A DNA stretch of 64,000 bases from an uncultured Acidobacteriota bacterium (lineage in GTDB: Bacteria; Acidobacteriota; Thermoanaerobaculia; UBA5066). The position numbers were made by a program, and so were the translations under genes. The DNA lies in the NCBI GenBank assembly GCA_963779415.1, contig CAVZYA010000002.1, forward strand, positions 1,024,001-1,088,000. The letters run 5' to 3'. The notes beneath the pieces are model-generated. The model did no database searches. It was not told the origin of the DNA and saw only the letters and a list, made by a program, of their open reading frames with translations. Below are positions 21,536-31,499 of the stretch, piece by piece (position 1 is the stretch's first letter; every line of letters starts with the position of its first letter).

Positions 21536-22786
21536 CTCCGCCCTCCCCGGCCGCCGCCGCCGCCTCGCGAGCCCCCACCCCCTCCTCGGGAGCTCATGCT
21601 CGAGGAGCCCCGGGAGCTGCTTGCCTTGGCGCTGCTCCCGCTGTAGCCGCCGGAGCCGCCGCCGAAGGCGCCTGAGCTTCCTCCTCCGCGGCTGCTGGCG
21701 CTGGGGCTCGCTCCGGCACCGCCGCCGCCACGCGTGCTGGCGCTCGGGCTCGCTCCGGCACCGCCGCCGCCACGCGTGTTGGCGCTCGGGCTCGCTCCGG
21801 CTCCTCCCTGACGCCCTCCCTGCTGCTGGGCGCTTGCCCCGCGCGAGCCTTGTGAGCCGCCTTTGGCCGACCCGCCGTACTTGTTCGCCGTCGCCTGGCT
21901 CGAGTAGGGCGCGCCGCCGCGGTGCTGCGGAGTTGTGCTGCACGTTGCCGCTGTTGATGTTCGCGTTCCGGTTGTAATTGTTGTTCACGTTGACGTTGAC
22001 GGTGTTGTTGGAGCCCCATCCACAGCCACAGCACGAGCCGCCCCAGACGGCCGCGCCGATCATGACGCCGGCCGTGAAGGAGACGAACGCGGCGCCATAG
22101 GGAGGCGGGGGAGGGTAGTAGACCGGCGGGTAGGGGTAAATCGGCGGCGGGTAGACGACGGTCGGATTGTAGGAAGGGACGTAGATGACCTCGGGGTTCG
22201 AGGGCTGGACGACGATGACCGTCTTCTGCTCGACGACTTGCGTCTCGACCTTCTGCTGCTCGTTCGACGTCAGGGCGCCCTTGTCCTGCGCCTTCTTCCT
22301 CATCCGCTGAACGGCGTCCATGACGTCGCTCTGCTGGTCGAGAAAGGCGTCTCCCAGCTGCGTCGTCCACTGGATGTCGTCCGCGAGCCGCTTCACCACC
22401 TCGGGAACCGCCGCCATCGACTGGATGCTAGGGTCCCATGGCTGCTTGGCGACCGCATCGGCCAGTGCCTTGTCCTTCAGCTTCGGGTTCTTCGCCAGGA
22501 ACTGCTGAAGCTGGACGATCTCGAGCGGGTAGGTGGCCGCCACGAGCGTCTGGGCGAGGAGCGGGTCGGGGTAGAGGGCGATGGGAGCTACCAGGCTATC
22601 GAGCTGGTCGGGGGGGAGCTTCACCGGGGCCGCCTCGGCCCCGGCGGCCGGCGCCGCCGGTTTTGCCGTCTCCTGCGCCAGGAGAGCGCCCTCACCGGGG
22701 AGGAGGAGCAAGGCGCAGAAGAGCGCCAGGAGAGTACGGAAAGACCTATCCCGGAGTCGAGGGCGGAGCGAGAAGGGCATCATGGC
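21532..22786 (-). CDS. DUF3300 family protein with Gly/Ser/Arg-rich tail (frameshifted)
   Basis: QLDSLVAPIALYPDPLLAQ, WDPSIQSM, IYVPSYNP; tail ends ...GGGGRGGRR* overlapping the DUF2950 start. Confidence 0.88.
21694..21801. repeat. About 2.5 copies of a 42-bp intragenic tandem repeat
   Basis: Unit gctggcgctcgggctcgctccggcaccgccgccgccacgcgt; minus strand reads TRGGGGAGASPSAS. Confidence 0.85.
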
Positions 22787-22950
22787 CACTCCTTAGTGTG
22801 TCCCGAGGATAGGAGCCTTCCGTCGCACCGGCAAGAGTTCGGGATCCGGTCCGGCGGGGCTACGATACCGCGGCAATCGGTTCACCACGACGCGGCGGTT
22901 CGGGGATCGCTCCGGAACCGCCGCGCGAGAAAACAGAAGGAGAGAGAACA

Positions 22951-23550
22951 ATGAAGATCCACCGCATGCTCATCGGCCCCGTGGCCCTCGCCCTTGCCTT
23001 CTCGGCTGCGCCTCTCGTGGCGCAGGAGACCAAGACTGAATCGGGAAAGAGCGAGCAAGACTGGAAGAACATGAAGAAGGAAGGAAAGCAGAAGGAGGTC
23101 GACTCGGCGGCCGGCGCCGCACTCGATACGCTGCTGAAGGGGAATCCGAAGGCGAAGGAGCTGTACGACAAGGCGTACGGCTGGGCCGCCTTCGACAACC
23201 TGAAGCTCGGGTTCGTCATCTCGGGCAGCGGCGGCAAGGGGGTCGCGGTAGCGAAGAAGACCGGGAAGCGGACCTACATGCAGGTGGGCTCCGCCGGCAT
23301 CGGCCTCACCTTCGGCGGGAAGAAATACGACGTGGTCTTCCTCTTCCAGGACAGCCATACGTTCAACAGCTTCGTGACGAAGGGGTGGCAGGCGACGGCG
23401 GCCGCGAGCGCGGAGGCCGGAAAAGCCGGCGGCGGCGCGCAGACCGGTTTCCAGCACGGGATGGCGATCTACCAGATCGACGCCAAGGGGCTGATGGCGA
23501 GCGCCGACATCTCGGGGACGAAGTACTCCATCGACAAAGACGTCAACTGA
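22951..23550 (+). CDS. Exported YSC84/SYLF-like lipid-binding domain protein
   Basis: Signal peptide; GFVISGSGGKGVA, AGIGLTFGG, KGLMASADISGTKY. Confidence 0.8.
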   Translation: MKIHRMLIGPVALALAFSAAPLVAQETKTESGKSEQDWKNMKKEGKQKEVDSAAGAALDTLLKGNPKAKELYDKAYGWAAFDNLKLGFVISGSGGKGVAVAKKTGKRTYMQVGSAGIGLTFGGKKYDVVFLFQDSHTFNSFVTKGWQATAAASAEAGKAGGGAQTGFQHGMAIYQIDAKGLMASADISGTKYSIDKDVN

Positions 23551-24808
23551 CGCTTCCGCCCATTCCCAGCGAGTCCGCACGGTCGGCGCGGGTGCGGTCC
23601 TCGGCGTCGAGGAACGCGCGGTCGACCGTGCGGTGCAGGAGGTCGAGTTCCTCCCGCAGCCGGACGGCCCGCTCCGGTGGCACGACCCGGATCAGGCTCT
23701 CCAGCATGGCCCTCATCCGGCGGGCGATCTGGATGCTGTCCTTGCCGTAGTGCCGGATTTCGGTGACCGCGAGGTCGACGAGGTCCTCCCAGTTCGGCGT
23801 GCGGTAAACCAGGCGCAGTCGCCCGGTCTCGTCGAACACCTGGCCCGTATCCAGGCGCCTGAGGCCGACGGACCGCAGCAGATGGTGAAGCTGGTCGATG
23901 GCGAGCACCGCGGTGGTCGGGTCGTTGATCGCCGGTGACAGCGCCTTCGCGGCCACGTCGACGATGATCCGGAATGCGAACGCCGGGTCCTGCTCCATCG
24001 TCCGTTCGGGCCCGATGGCGATGGACTGCTGAAGATCCCGATCCTCGACGTCGCCACCGCCGTAGAGACGGAAAAGCGGGTCTCCCAGCGCGACGAAGTC
24101 GCCGACCTGGGGGACGACTTCGATTACTCCGTCGGCCCGTCGCGCCAGCGCGGCGAGCCCGGCCGGATCGAACGCGAGGACGACGCCGGGACGGAAATTC
24201 TCGACGGTGCGCCGGCGGTCACCGGCCGACAGGACAGTGGAAGGACCCGGGGCGTTCCCCGTCGCCGCGACAGGTTGGGGATAGACGTCGTTGATGACGT
24301 CGTGCCCGACTCTGCCGATCGAGGTCAGGACGCTGACGGGCCGTAGCGACTTTCCCACCTTGTCGATCATGTAGAGGAAGATGCCGATCGACGCCACGCT
24401 GCTGTAGGCCGCCAGCATCGCGGAGGGCCGCGGCACGGAGTCCTCGATCCGGACGACGACGGCGAGGTCGAACGTGAAAACGAAGACGAAAACCGAGAGC
24501 GAGAGCTTCAGGATCCGGTTTCGATAGAAGTGGGCGATGATCCGCGGCGTCAGCTGGGCGCTCGCGAGCTGCACCGCCAGGAGCAGGATCGAAAAGACGA
24601 AGACGATGAAGGTCAGCAGGGAGGACGAGAGCGCGGTCAGGAGGATCCGTGAGCCTTCCACGCCGACGCGCGGCTGCCATGACAAGAAGTGGTCCGCCGA
24701 CTGCATGAGGCGATTCGCGACGAGCGCGGCCAGGAGACCGAGGAGCGGCGGCAGCCAGACGGAGTTCCTGAGAAGGTTTCTCAGGCGGTACCGCTGCAAC
24801 CAGGTCAT
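23543..24808 (-). CDS. DUF2254 family membrane protein
   Basis: VQLASAQLTPR, ERTMEQDPAFAFRIIVDVAAKALSPAINDPTTA. Confidence 0.88.
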   Translation of the reverse strand: MTWLQRYRLRNLLRNSVWLPPLLGLLAALVANRLMQSADHFLSWQPRVGVEGSRILLTALSSSLLTFIVFVFSILLLAVQLASAQLTPRIIAHFYRNRILKLSLSVFVFVFTFDLAVVVRIEDSVPRPSAMLAAYSSVASIGIFLYMIDKVGKSLRPVSVLTSIGRVGHDVINDVYPQPVAATGNAPGPSTVLSAGDRRRTVENFRPGVVLAFDPAGLAALARRADGVIEVVPQVGDFVALGDPLFRLYGGGDVEDRDLQQSIAIGPERTMEQDPAFAFRIIVDVAAKALSPAINDPTTAVLAIDQLHHLLRSVGLRRLDTGQVFDETGRLRLVYRTPNWEDLVDLAVTEIRHYGKDSIQIARRMRAMLESLIRVVPPERAVRLREELDLLHRTVDRAFLDAEDRTRADRADSLGMGGSVS

Positions 24809-25879
24809 GACGCCAACCGCGAGTCGGCGGGGCCGTCGCCCCGGACCCAGGCCACAAAGAGCGTGTACGTGACGGCGAGGACGACCGGGCCGACGAAGAT
24901 CCCGATGAGCCCGAAGGAGATCATGCCGCCGATGACGCCCGCGAAGATGAGAAGGAGCGGAAGGTCGGCCCCCTTCTTGATGAGGATGGGCTTGAGGAAG
25001 TTGTCGACCAGTCCGGCCACGGCCGACCAGATGAGAACGAACGTCGCCCAGGCGGGGCTCATCGTGCTGAAGGACCAGATCACGACGAGGAGCAGAACGG
25101 GAAGCGGCCCGATCTGGGCGATGGCCAGGATGAACATGAGGACGGTGAGGAGTCCGACGAACGGCACGCCGGCGATCAGGAGGCCGAGGCCCGCGAGAAG
25201 CGACTGGGCGAGCGCGGTCACGATCACCCCCATCGCGACGGCGCGGATCGCCCCACCGGCCAAGTCCACCATGGCTTCGCCCTTCGGGCCGGCCAGCCGT
25301 CGGGTGAACGCCTTGACGCCGGCGACGGCGCTCTCGCCGGACGCATACATCACGGCCGTGATGATGACCGTCAGGAGGAACTGCGCGAGAAGTGCTGGTG
25401 AAGTTTCCGATCCGCTCCCTGATCCAGTGCGCGCCGCCGCTGAGGTAGGGCGAGGCCTGCTGGAGGAGCGCGGGGAGGCCTTCATTCGCGGCGTGGTTCC
25501 AGGTCTCCGCCGCCTTCACGCCCGCGAGCGGAATCTTTTCCAGCCAGGCGGGGGCCGGCGGAAGCTGGCGCGTCGACAGCTTCTGTGCGAACCCGGCGAT
25601 GCCGTCGACGTGCGTCACGACCGCGCCCACCCCGGCGAGGAGCGGCACCATGACGACGCCCAGAAGAGCGATCGTCATGACGGTCACGGCGAGCTTCCGC
25701 TTGCCCCAGAGGAGCCGCTGGAGCGACCGCATCAGCGGCCACGTCGCGACGGCGATCAGGGTGGCCCAGACGATGGCGACGAGGAACGGGCTCAGGATCC
25801 AGAGCGAGGCCGCGATCAGAAGGCCGAGGAAGAGGATCGCAAGGACCGTCCTGGGAAGGTCGGCGCGCGGCTCGTTCAT
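24805..25879 (-). CDS. ydiK: AI-2E family transporter (YdiK-like), frameshift near 25405
   Basis: PFLVAIVWATLIAVATWP, VDNFLKPILIKKGADLP, FGLIGIFVGPV. Confidence 0.85.
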
Positions 25880-25918
25880 CGGGGACGGACCTCCTTCAGC
25901 AGCTTCGGCACTGCTTCC

Positions 25919-26296
25919 TCACCCTTCCAGAAGAGTCAGACCGGCCGCCGCGAACCGCCGAAAGTCGCGGGCGTTGGCGGTCGCGAGCGACGCCCCTGCG
26001 CGTAGCGCGCTCGCGGCGATCATGCAGTCCATCAGAGAGCCCCGTCGCCGTCCGGACTCGTTGAAAAGACGCGCGGCGAGGACGGCATCCTCTTCCAGGA
26101 ACGGCGCGCGCTCGGAGACCACGCGCGAGATCAGCTCCAGGTGGCTCGCTTCGAGGGGGCCACAAAGAAGCTCCGCCCATGCAACGGCGCTCATCGCGAC
26201 GGCCTCTCCCGCCTTCAGCCAGGCTCGCAGAGAGCGGTCCTCGGCAGAGCCCCGGACGAGGCTCTTGATCAGAAAACTGGTGTCGAGATGAATCAC
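25919..26296 (-). CDS. vapC: PIN-domain toxin (VapC family)
   Basis: IHLDTSFLI, WAELLCG, DCMIAASA, LATAN..DF. Confidence 0.9.
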   Translation of the reverse strand: MIHLDTSFLIKSLVRGSAEDRSLRAWLKAGEAVAMSAVAWAELLCGPLEASHLELISRVVSERAPFLEEDAVLAARLFNESGRRRGSLMDCMIAASALRAGASLATANARDFRRFAAAGLTLLEG

Positions 26297-26571
26297 GTCG
26301 ACTCGTGCCGGCCGGACGTAGTACGGCGCTCCCGTTTCGTTAGCCTCGCCCATCGAGCTGCCGCCTCGCTGCTCAAGTCGAGCGAGCGCTGCAGCGTGCT
26401 GAGGGCGGCGAGCGTCTTCGGCGCTCCGGGAGCCGGTCCTCGCGCGGCCGCCCGGATCGTCCGTCGCAGAGCCTCGGACCTGGAAACCCCCCAGCGACGC
26501 GCCATGCCCTCCAGGGCACGGACGGTTTCGACATCCAGGGAGTAGGTAGTTTTCACGGTGGTGATGGCCAT
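26293..26571 (-). CDS. Ribbon-helix-helix (CopG-like) antitoxin
   Basis: KTTYSLDVETVRALEGMARRWGVSRSEALRR; 4-bp overlap with the PIN gene. Confidence 0.85.
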   Translation of the reverse strand: MAITTVKTTYSLDVETVRALEGMARRWGVSRSEALRRTIRAAARGPAPGAPKTLAALSTLQRSLDLSSEAAARWARLTKRERRTTSGRHEST

Positions 26572-26673
26572 ACTTGAATTGTAGGGCCGTAATACGCCGC
26601 GTTCAACCCGCGCTAGAATCGTCGTCGAGGTCACGCCCGGCGAATGGGAGGGCGAGTACATTTCTTCCCGGTG

Positions 26674-26753
26674 ACGGCACGACCCTGATGGCCGAACAGG
26701 CGTCGTCCTTCTGCTGATCGCCTCGAGAACCGTCTCGAGTTCGAGATGCTGCT
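26674..26753 (+). repeat. Diverged direct repeat, copy 1 (5' end of kinase gene; partner at 45126..45204)
   Basis: acggcacga(c/t)cctgatggccgaa...tctcgagttcgag(a/g)tgctgct shared, roughly 80% identity by eye. Confidence 0.8.
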
Positions 26754-28293
26754 CTCCGATCTCTCCTCGAGGTTCATCAACCTCCCTCCGCCAGAGGTGG
26801 ACAGCGAGATCGAAGACGCGTTAGGCCGTGTCTGCGAGCTTCTCGGCATCGATCTGGCGGTGCTCTGGCAGTGGTCGACTCCACGCCCGAATCTCCTCAC
26901 TCCTACCCATGGCTATCCGGGCCTGGACGGTCAGCAGCCTCCCGAGCCGCTGCACCAGGAGCACTTTCCCTGGGTGGTCCAGCAGATGCGGGCCGGACGC
27001 AGGCTCGCCCTCTCCTCGCTGGAGGAGCTGCCAGCGGAGGCCGCCGTCGACCTGCGGAGCGCCCGGCTTCGGGGCATCAAGTCGAATCTGAGCCTTCCGT
27101 TGTCGGTGGGGGGCGAGCCGCCCGTCGGCGTTTTGGCCTTCAACACCCTTCGGGCGGAGCGCGACTGGCCGGACGCACTGGTGAAGCGGCTGCAGCTGGT
27201 CGGGCAAGTCTTCACCAATGCGCTGGCCCGGAGGCGCGCCGACGAAGCACACCGCGCGAACGAGGCTCGCCTGGCGTCGGGAGCCGACCTCGCCGGCCTC
27301 GGGTTCTACGAGGTGGACTTCGCCAAGGGCGTCATGTATTTCGACGACCGGCTTCGTGACCTCTGCGGCTTTCCTCCGGAACGGGAACAGGGGCTCGAAG
27401 CCCTCGAATACTGGATGGAGCATCTCCATCCCGACGATCGCGCACACGTGCTGGACTTGCGCCAACAGCTGGAAGACGGGAGGCTGGAGCGCCTCTCTTT
27501 CGAATACCGCTACCTGCATCCGGACCGCGGGGAGACGTGGATCCAGCACCTGTCGGGCGTCGGCGCGCGAGATGCCGCCGGGCGCAGGGTCCGGACGTTC
27601 GGCGTCCTCCGCGACGTCACGGAGGGCAAGCGGGCCGAGGAGGCGCTGCACGACCTGAGCCGGCGCTTGATCCGGGCCCAGGAAGAGGAGCGCGCGCTGC
27701 TGGCTCGCGAACTGCACGACGACCTGACGCAGCGGCTCGCCGTGCTGGCGATCGACGTCGGCCGCGCCGAGCTTGCCGCGCCTGACGGGGACCAGACCGA
27801 AACGCTGCGGTCCGTTCGCGAGGGGCTCGTCCGCCTCAGCGAGGACGTCCATTCCCTCGCGTACCAGCTGCACCCGTCGGTCCTCGAGGAGCTGGGCCTG
27901 GCCGAGGCGCTCCGGACGGAATGCGAGCGGCTCGGACGCCAGGGCAGGGTCGACCTTTCGATAAAGCTCGATCCTCTGCCCGACGTCGTCGGAAGGGACG
28001 CCGCGCTCTGTCTCTTCCGCGTGGCGCAGGAGGCTCTGAACAACGTGATTCGCCATTCCCATGCGCTCGCCGCGACCGTCGACCTGCATCCGATGGACGG
28101 GGGCCTCCTCCTCGCCGTCCGGGACGATGGCATCGGCTTCGATCCGGCAGGCGGGAGAACGAGGAGGAGCCTCGGCCTGGCGAGCATGCGCGAACGCGTG
28201 AAGCTCTTGAACGGCACGCTCGACGTCGAGAGCGCGCCCGGCCAGGGCACCGCGATCGTCGCCTGGGTTCCCGCGGAAGAAGAGGCGAGATGA
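26688..28293 (+). CDS. Soluble sensor histidine kinase GAF-PAS-HisKA_3 (probable +1 error near 26710)
   Basis: HLHPDDR PAS, ARELHDDLTQ, VAQEALNNV, DDGIGF, SLGLASMRER. Confidence 0.92.
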
Positions 28294-28940
28294 GCCTCCC
28301 GCGCCGTCCCCGGGTGCTCCTCGCCGACGACCACCGCCTGGTGGCTGAGGCGCTGAAGAGCCTCCTCTCCCCCGAGTACGATCTGGTGGGCGTTGTGGAG
28401 GACGGGCGCGCGCTGGTCGAGGCGACCCGGACGCTGCGGCCGGACGTCATCGTTGCCGACGTCACCATGCCCCACCTCAACGGCATCGACGCCCTGATCC
28501 AGCTCCGGCAGGGCGGAGACCGGGTGCCCGTGGTCTTTCTCACCATGCACCGGGACGTGACCTTTGCTCGGCGCGCGCTCGACGCCGGAGCGTCGGGCTT
28601 CGTCCTCAAGCACTCGGCGCCGGCCGAGCTGATTTCGGCCATCCGCGCCGCGCTCGAGGGGAAGACCTACCTCACGCCCCAGCTCGCGGGGGAGGTTCTG
28701 GGAGCCATGAAGCAGGGGCCCGAAAAAGCCGCTGACCCGGTCGCCTCCCTCACGCCGCGGCAGCGCGAGGTCCTTCAGCTCCTGGCGGAGGGGCGTTCGG
28801 CCAAGGAGATCGCCTCGCGTCTCGGGATCTCGGCCCGGACGGTGGAGTTCCACAAGTACCAGATCATGGAGACGCTGGACCTCCACACGGGCGCCGAGCT
28901 GACCCACTTCGCCATCAAGCACGGCCTCGTCGAGCTCTGA
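28290..28940 (+). CDS. NarL-family response regulator (REC + LuxR HTH)
   Basis: LLADDH, ADVTMP, FLTMH, FVLK, LTPRQREVLQLLAEG, TVEFHK. Confidence 0.95.
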   Translation: MSLPRRPRVLLADDHRLVAEALKSLLSPEYDLVGVVEDGRALVEATRTLRPDVIVADVTMPHLNGIDALIQLRQGGDRVPVVFLTMHRDVTFARRALDAGASGFVLKHSAPAELISAIRAALEGKTYLTPQLAGEVLGAMKQGPEKAADPVASLTPRQREVLQLLAEGRSAKEIASRLGISARTVEFHKYQIMETLDLHTGAELTHFAIKHGLVEL

Positions 28941-28942
28941 CC
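28873..28942 (+). repeat. 70-bp direct repeat, copy 1 (3' end of response regulator)
   Basis: 68/70 identical to 29967..30036. Confidence 0.95.
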
Positions 28943-28974
28943 GTTCTCGTCCGGGGCGGGAGAGCCGCGGCGAA

Positions 28975-29637
28975 CTACTCTGGAACAGCGCTGGCCGTGA
29001 GTTGGCTGATCAGCCAGTGCCGGAACGACACCAGCTCCTCAGTTTCACGGGCGCCCCAGCCGAGCGCTTTCAACGCGGGACGCGGATTGAAGTCCTTTAG
29101 CACCCAGGCCAGCGTCAACGGCGAGAACCCGGCGTCCTTTTTCGGGGCGTCGCGCAACCCCGCCTGGAGATCGCCCCCTGCGTCCAGCAGCGCCTTGAGG
29201 TCTACCAGGTCACGGGTTTCGGATCGCTCGAGCAGCGTCGCAAGCTTGCTGGCGAGGATCTCGTGCTTGCTGTCCACCGATTTGGCCGCGCCTTCAACAA
29301 CAGCCTGCTCTGGAGGTTCGATCGCCGCGAAGGGCTCGGCGACGAGGTCAACGACGCAGGCGTCTCGTCCGTCCGACACACGGAGCACGCTGAAGGCCGG
29401 TGCCGTCCTGAGCACATGAACGTCGAGGCCTGCCGCCCGCAGGGCCGACACGGTGTCGGCCACCACAGTGCCGAGCTCAGAGCGATTCCTCCAGAAGAGG
29501 TCCAGATCCCGCGTCTCGCGGTGACCGAGGTGCACACCCGCCAAGGCGCCGCCGCCTGTCAACGTCCAGTGCGGGGTGATCCCGGCGAGCACCCCGAGGA
29601 TGCGGCGCTGGAGCGCCGTGAGCCTATCGCCAGACAC
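28975..29637 (-). CDS. AbiEii/AbiGii-like nucleotidyltransferase toxin
   Basis: LTGGGALAGVHLGHRETRDLDLF, KLATLLERSETRDLVDL. Confidence 0.88.
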   Translation of the reverse strand: MSGDRLTALQRRILGVLAGITPHWTLTGGGALAGVHLGHRETRDLDLFWRNRSELGTVVADTVSALRAAGLDVHVLRTAPAFSVLRVSDGRDACVVDLVAEPFAAIEPPEQAVVEGAAKSVDSKHEILASKLATLLERSETRDLVDLKALLDAGGDLQAGLRDAPKKDAGFSPLTLAWVLKDFNPRPALKALGWGARETEELVSFRHWLISQLTASAVPE

Positions 29638-29926
29638 GGCCCTGGCCCTCCCACGTGTCGAAGAGCCACGACCAGAAATCGCGCGTGCGCCCGAGGTATC
29701 GCGTGAGCCGCGGCCAGAGATCCCGGATCTCGCGGGGGCGGACGAACAGGAACACGTCGTCCGGCTTGGCCTGACGCATGAGCTTGCCGACCAAATAGGC
29801 GCGAACTTCCGGGTCAGGATCCGCAAGCCCCCTGCGGAACTGGTTCAGTGTGAGACCGCAGTCCCAGAGGAAGTAAGGACGATCCTGCGCGTCGGCCAGC
29901 CGCTCCGGAGGCGTGTAACTCAGCAC
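29624..29926 (-). CDS. Small putative antitoxin partner
   Basis: 100 aa, RPYFLWD...LMRQAKPDDVF...YLGRTRDFWSWL; overlaps the toxin start. Confidence 0.72.
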   Translation of the reverse strand: MLSYTPPERLADAQDRPYFLWDCGLTLNQFRRGLADPDPEVRAYLVGKLMRQAKPDDVFLFVRPREIRDLWPRLTRYLGRTRDFWSWLFDTWEGQGRVWR

Positions 29927-29966
29927 GGAGCGAGCGTACCAGAGCGGGGGGACCGTATGAAGCAGT

Positions 29967-30036
29967 CGCTGGACCTTCACACGGGCGCCGAGCTGACCCA
30001 CTTCTCCATCAAGCACGGCCTCGTCGAGCTCTGACC
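29967..30036 (+). repeat. 70-bp direct repeat, copy 2 (orphan regulator 3' end)
   Basis: Encodes LDLHTGAELTHFSIKHGLVEL*. Confidence 0.95.
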
Positions 30037-30168
30037 TCGTAGATTCCCTGCGGCGGGCCCCGTAATTCTCCGAGGTCACAACCGGCAGAAGCGCGGCTAG
30101 CCTCCGGCTCGTAGTTGGGTGCCGGCAGGAACCGCGACGAGCACGGTCGCGGGGAAGGAATCGCCCCA

Positions 30169-30612
30169 ATGCCCGAGAAGCCCCTGAGCTGCGTTCTCCT
30201 CGCGGACCGCCACCATGGCCTCACGGAAGGCGTCCGCGGGCTGCTCGAGACGGCGTTCGGAACGGTGGTCATGGTTGCCGACGAGGCGTCACTGCTGGAG
30301 GGGGCGGGCCGGCTGAGGCCCGACGTGGCGGTCGTGGATCTCTCGCTGGCAAGGGACAGCAGCCTGGGCTGGCTGCACGCGCTGAAGGACCGCTGTCCGG
30401 GTCTCAGGGTGATCGCCCTCAGCGTCCACGACGAAGCGAACATCCGCAGGGCGGCGCTCGAGGCGGGCGCCGATGCGTTCGTTCTGAAACGGGCGATCGT
30501 GACCGACCTCCTGCCGGCGGTCGACCGCCTCCGTGAGGAGGCCGAGGTGCCCTCGCCGGGGAGCGGAAGCGCGCCCGTTCCGGCAGGTGACGCGAGGAAG
30601 AACCCGCAATGA
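30169..30612 (+). CDS. Single-domain response regulator (atypical acidic pocket ADRH)
   Basis: VLLADRH, AVVDLSL, ALSVH, FVLKR. Confidence 0.85.
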   Translation: MPEKPLSCVLLADRHHGLTEGVRGLLETAFGTVVMVADEASLLEGAGRLRPDVAVVDLSLARDSSLGWLHALKDRCPGLRVIALSVHDEANIRRAALEAGADAFVLKRAIVTDLLPAVDRLREEAEVPSPGSGSAPVPAGDARKNPQ

Positions 30613-31374
30613 CGACGTCTTGCCGGAGCCTGCGTCGAGCCGTACTCGCGAGAGCGGCGGTCGCCTTGGCGATTTCTCTCATCGCATACCCCGCCGCCGC
30701 GGAGGACGACGCCTTCCGGAACACCGCCGAGATCTACCTGATGGCCCCGTCGATGTCGGGGACGGTCGGCTTCGGTCCGCTCGGTACGGAGATCGATGTC
30801 CCGTCCTCGAGGATCTTCGAGAACCTCAAGTTCGCGGTCCTCGCGGACTACCGGGGAGAGGCCCCGAAATGGGCCGTGGCGGCCGACGTCGTCTACATGA
30901 ACCTCGGGGGGAGCGGGACCGGCTCCCTGGACCGCGCCTCGGCCGACGTCGGCGTCGAGGAGTTCATCGTCGACCTCGCCGGGGCGTGGCGGTTCTCGAA
31001 GGCGTTCGAGCTTCTCGCGGGGGGGAGGTACACGCGGCTCCGGACGACCGTCACGTTGACGAGCCCCCTGAAAGTCCGCGACGCGAAGGTCGACGAGGAC
31101 TGGTTCGACCCGTTCGTCGGCGCCCAGGCGTTCCTGCCGCTCTCGAAGGCCCTCCTGCTCCAGCTCCGCGGTGATGTCGGCGGCTTCGGGGTCGGCTGCA
31201 AATTCACGTGGCAGGTGATGGCCCGCCTGAACTGGCAGGTCTCGCCGGTTCGTCCGCCTCGGCCTCGGCTACCGCTGGCTCGACCAGGACTTCGAGACGG
31301 GCTCGGGAGTCGACTACTTCCGATGGAAGGTCCTGACCTAGGGCCCGTTGATCGCGGCGGGCGTCACGTTCTAG
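30609..31374 (+). CDS. Putative outer-membrane beta-barrel protein (frameshift near 31250, in-frame TAG at 31339)
   Basis: Signal peptide, amphipathic strands, DWFDPFVG, LRGDVGGFGVG, GYRWL, terminal Phe (..GVTF*). Confidence 0.72.
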
Positions 31375-31499
31375 GAATTCGACGAGAAGGGGGGACCGCG
31401 AGGAGTGAAAGGAGATACGGAGTCATGACGAAGAAGACGAGCAAGAGCGGCGAACCGACCGCCTGTTCTCCCGGAGATCTCACGAGAAAGGAAATGACC

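Noticed and set aside
21694-21801. 42-bp tandem repeat as possible CRISPR or mobile repeat
   Set aside because: No spacers, length is a multiple of 3, and it lies in the low-complexity DUF3300 tail; no cas genes.
20576-25879. Apparent DUF3300-DUF2950 and YdiK-DUF2254 fusions
   Set aside because: Each upstream gene has its proper C-terminus and stop in another frame overlapping the next start.
31339-31341. Pyrrolysine or amber recoding
   Set aside because: TAG is used as a normal stop by many genes here and no pyl genes or suppressor tRNA are visible.
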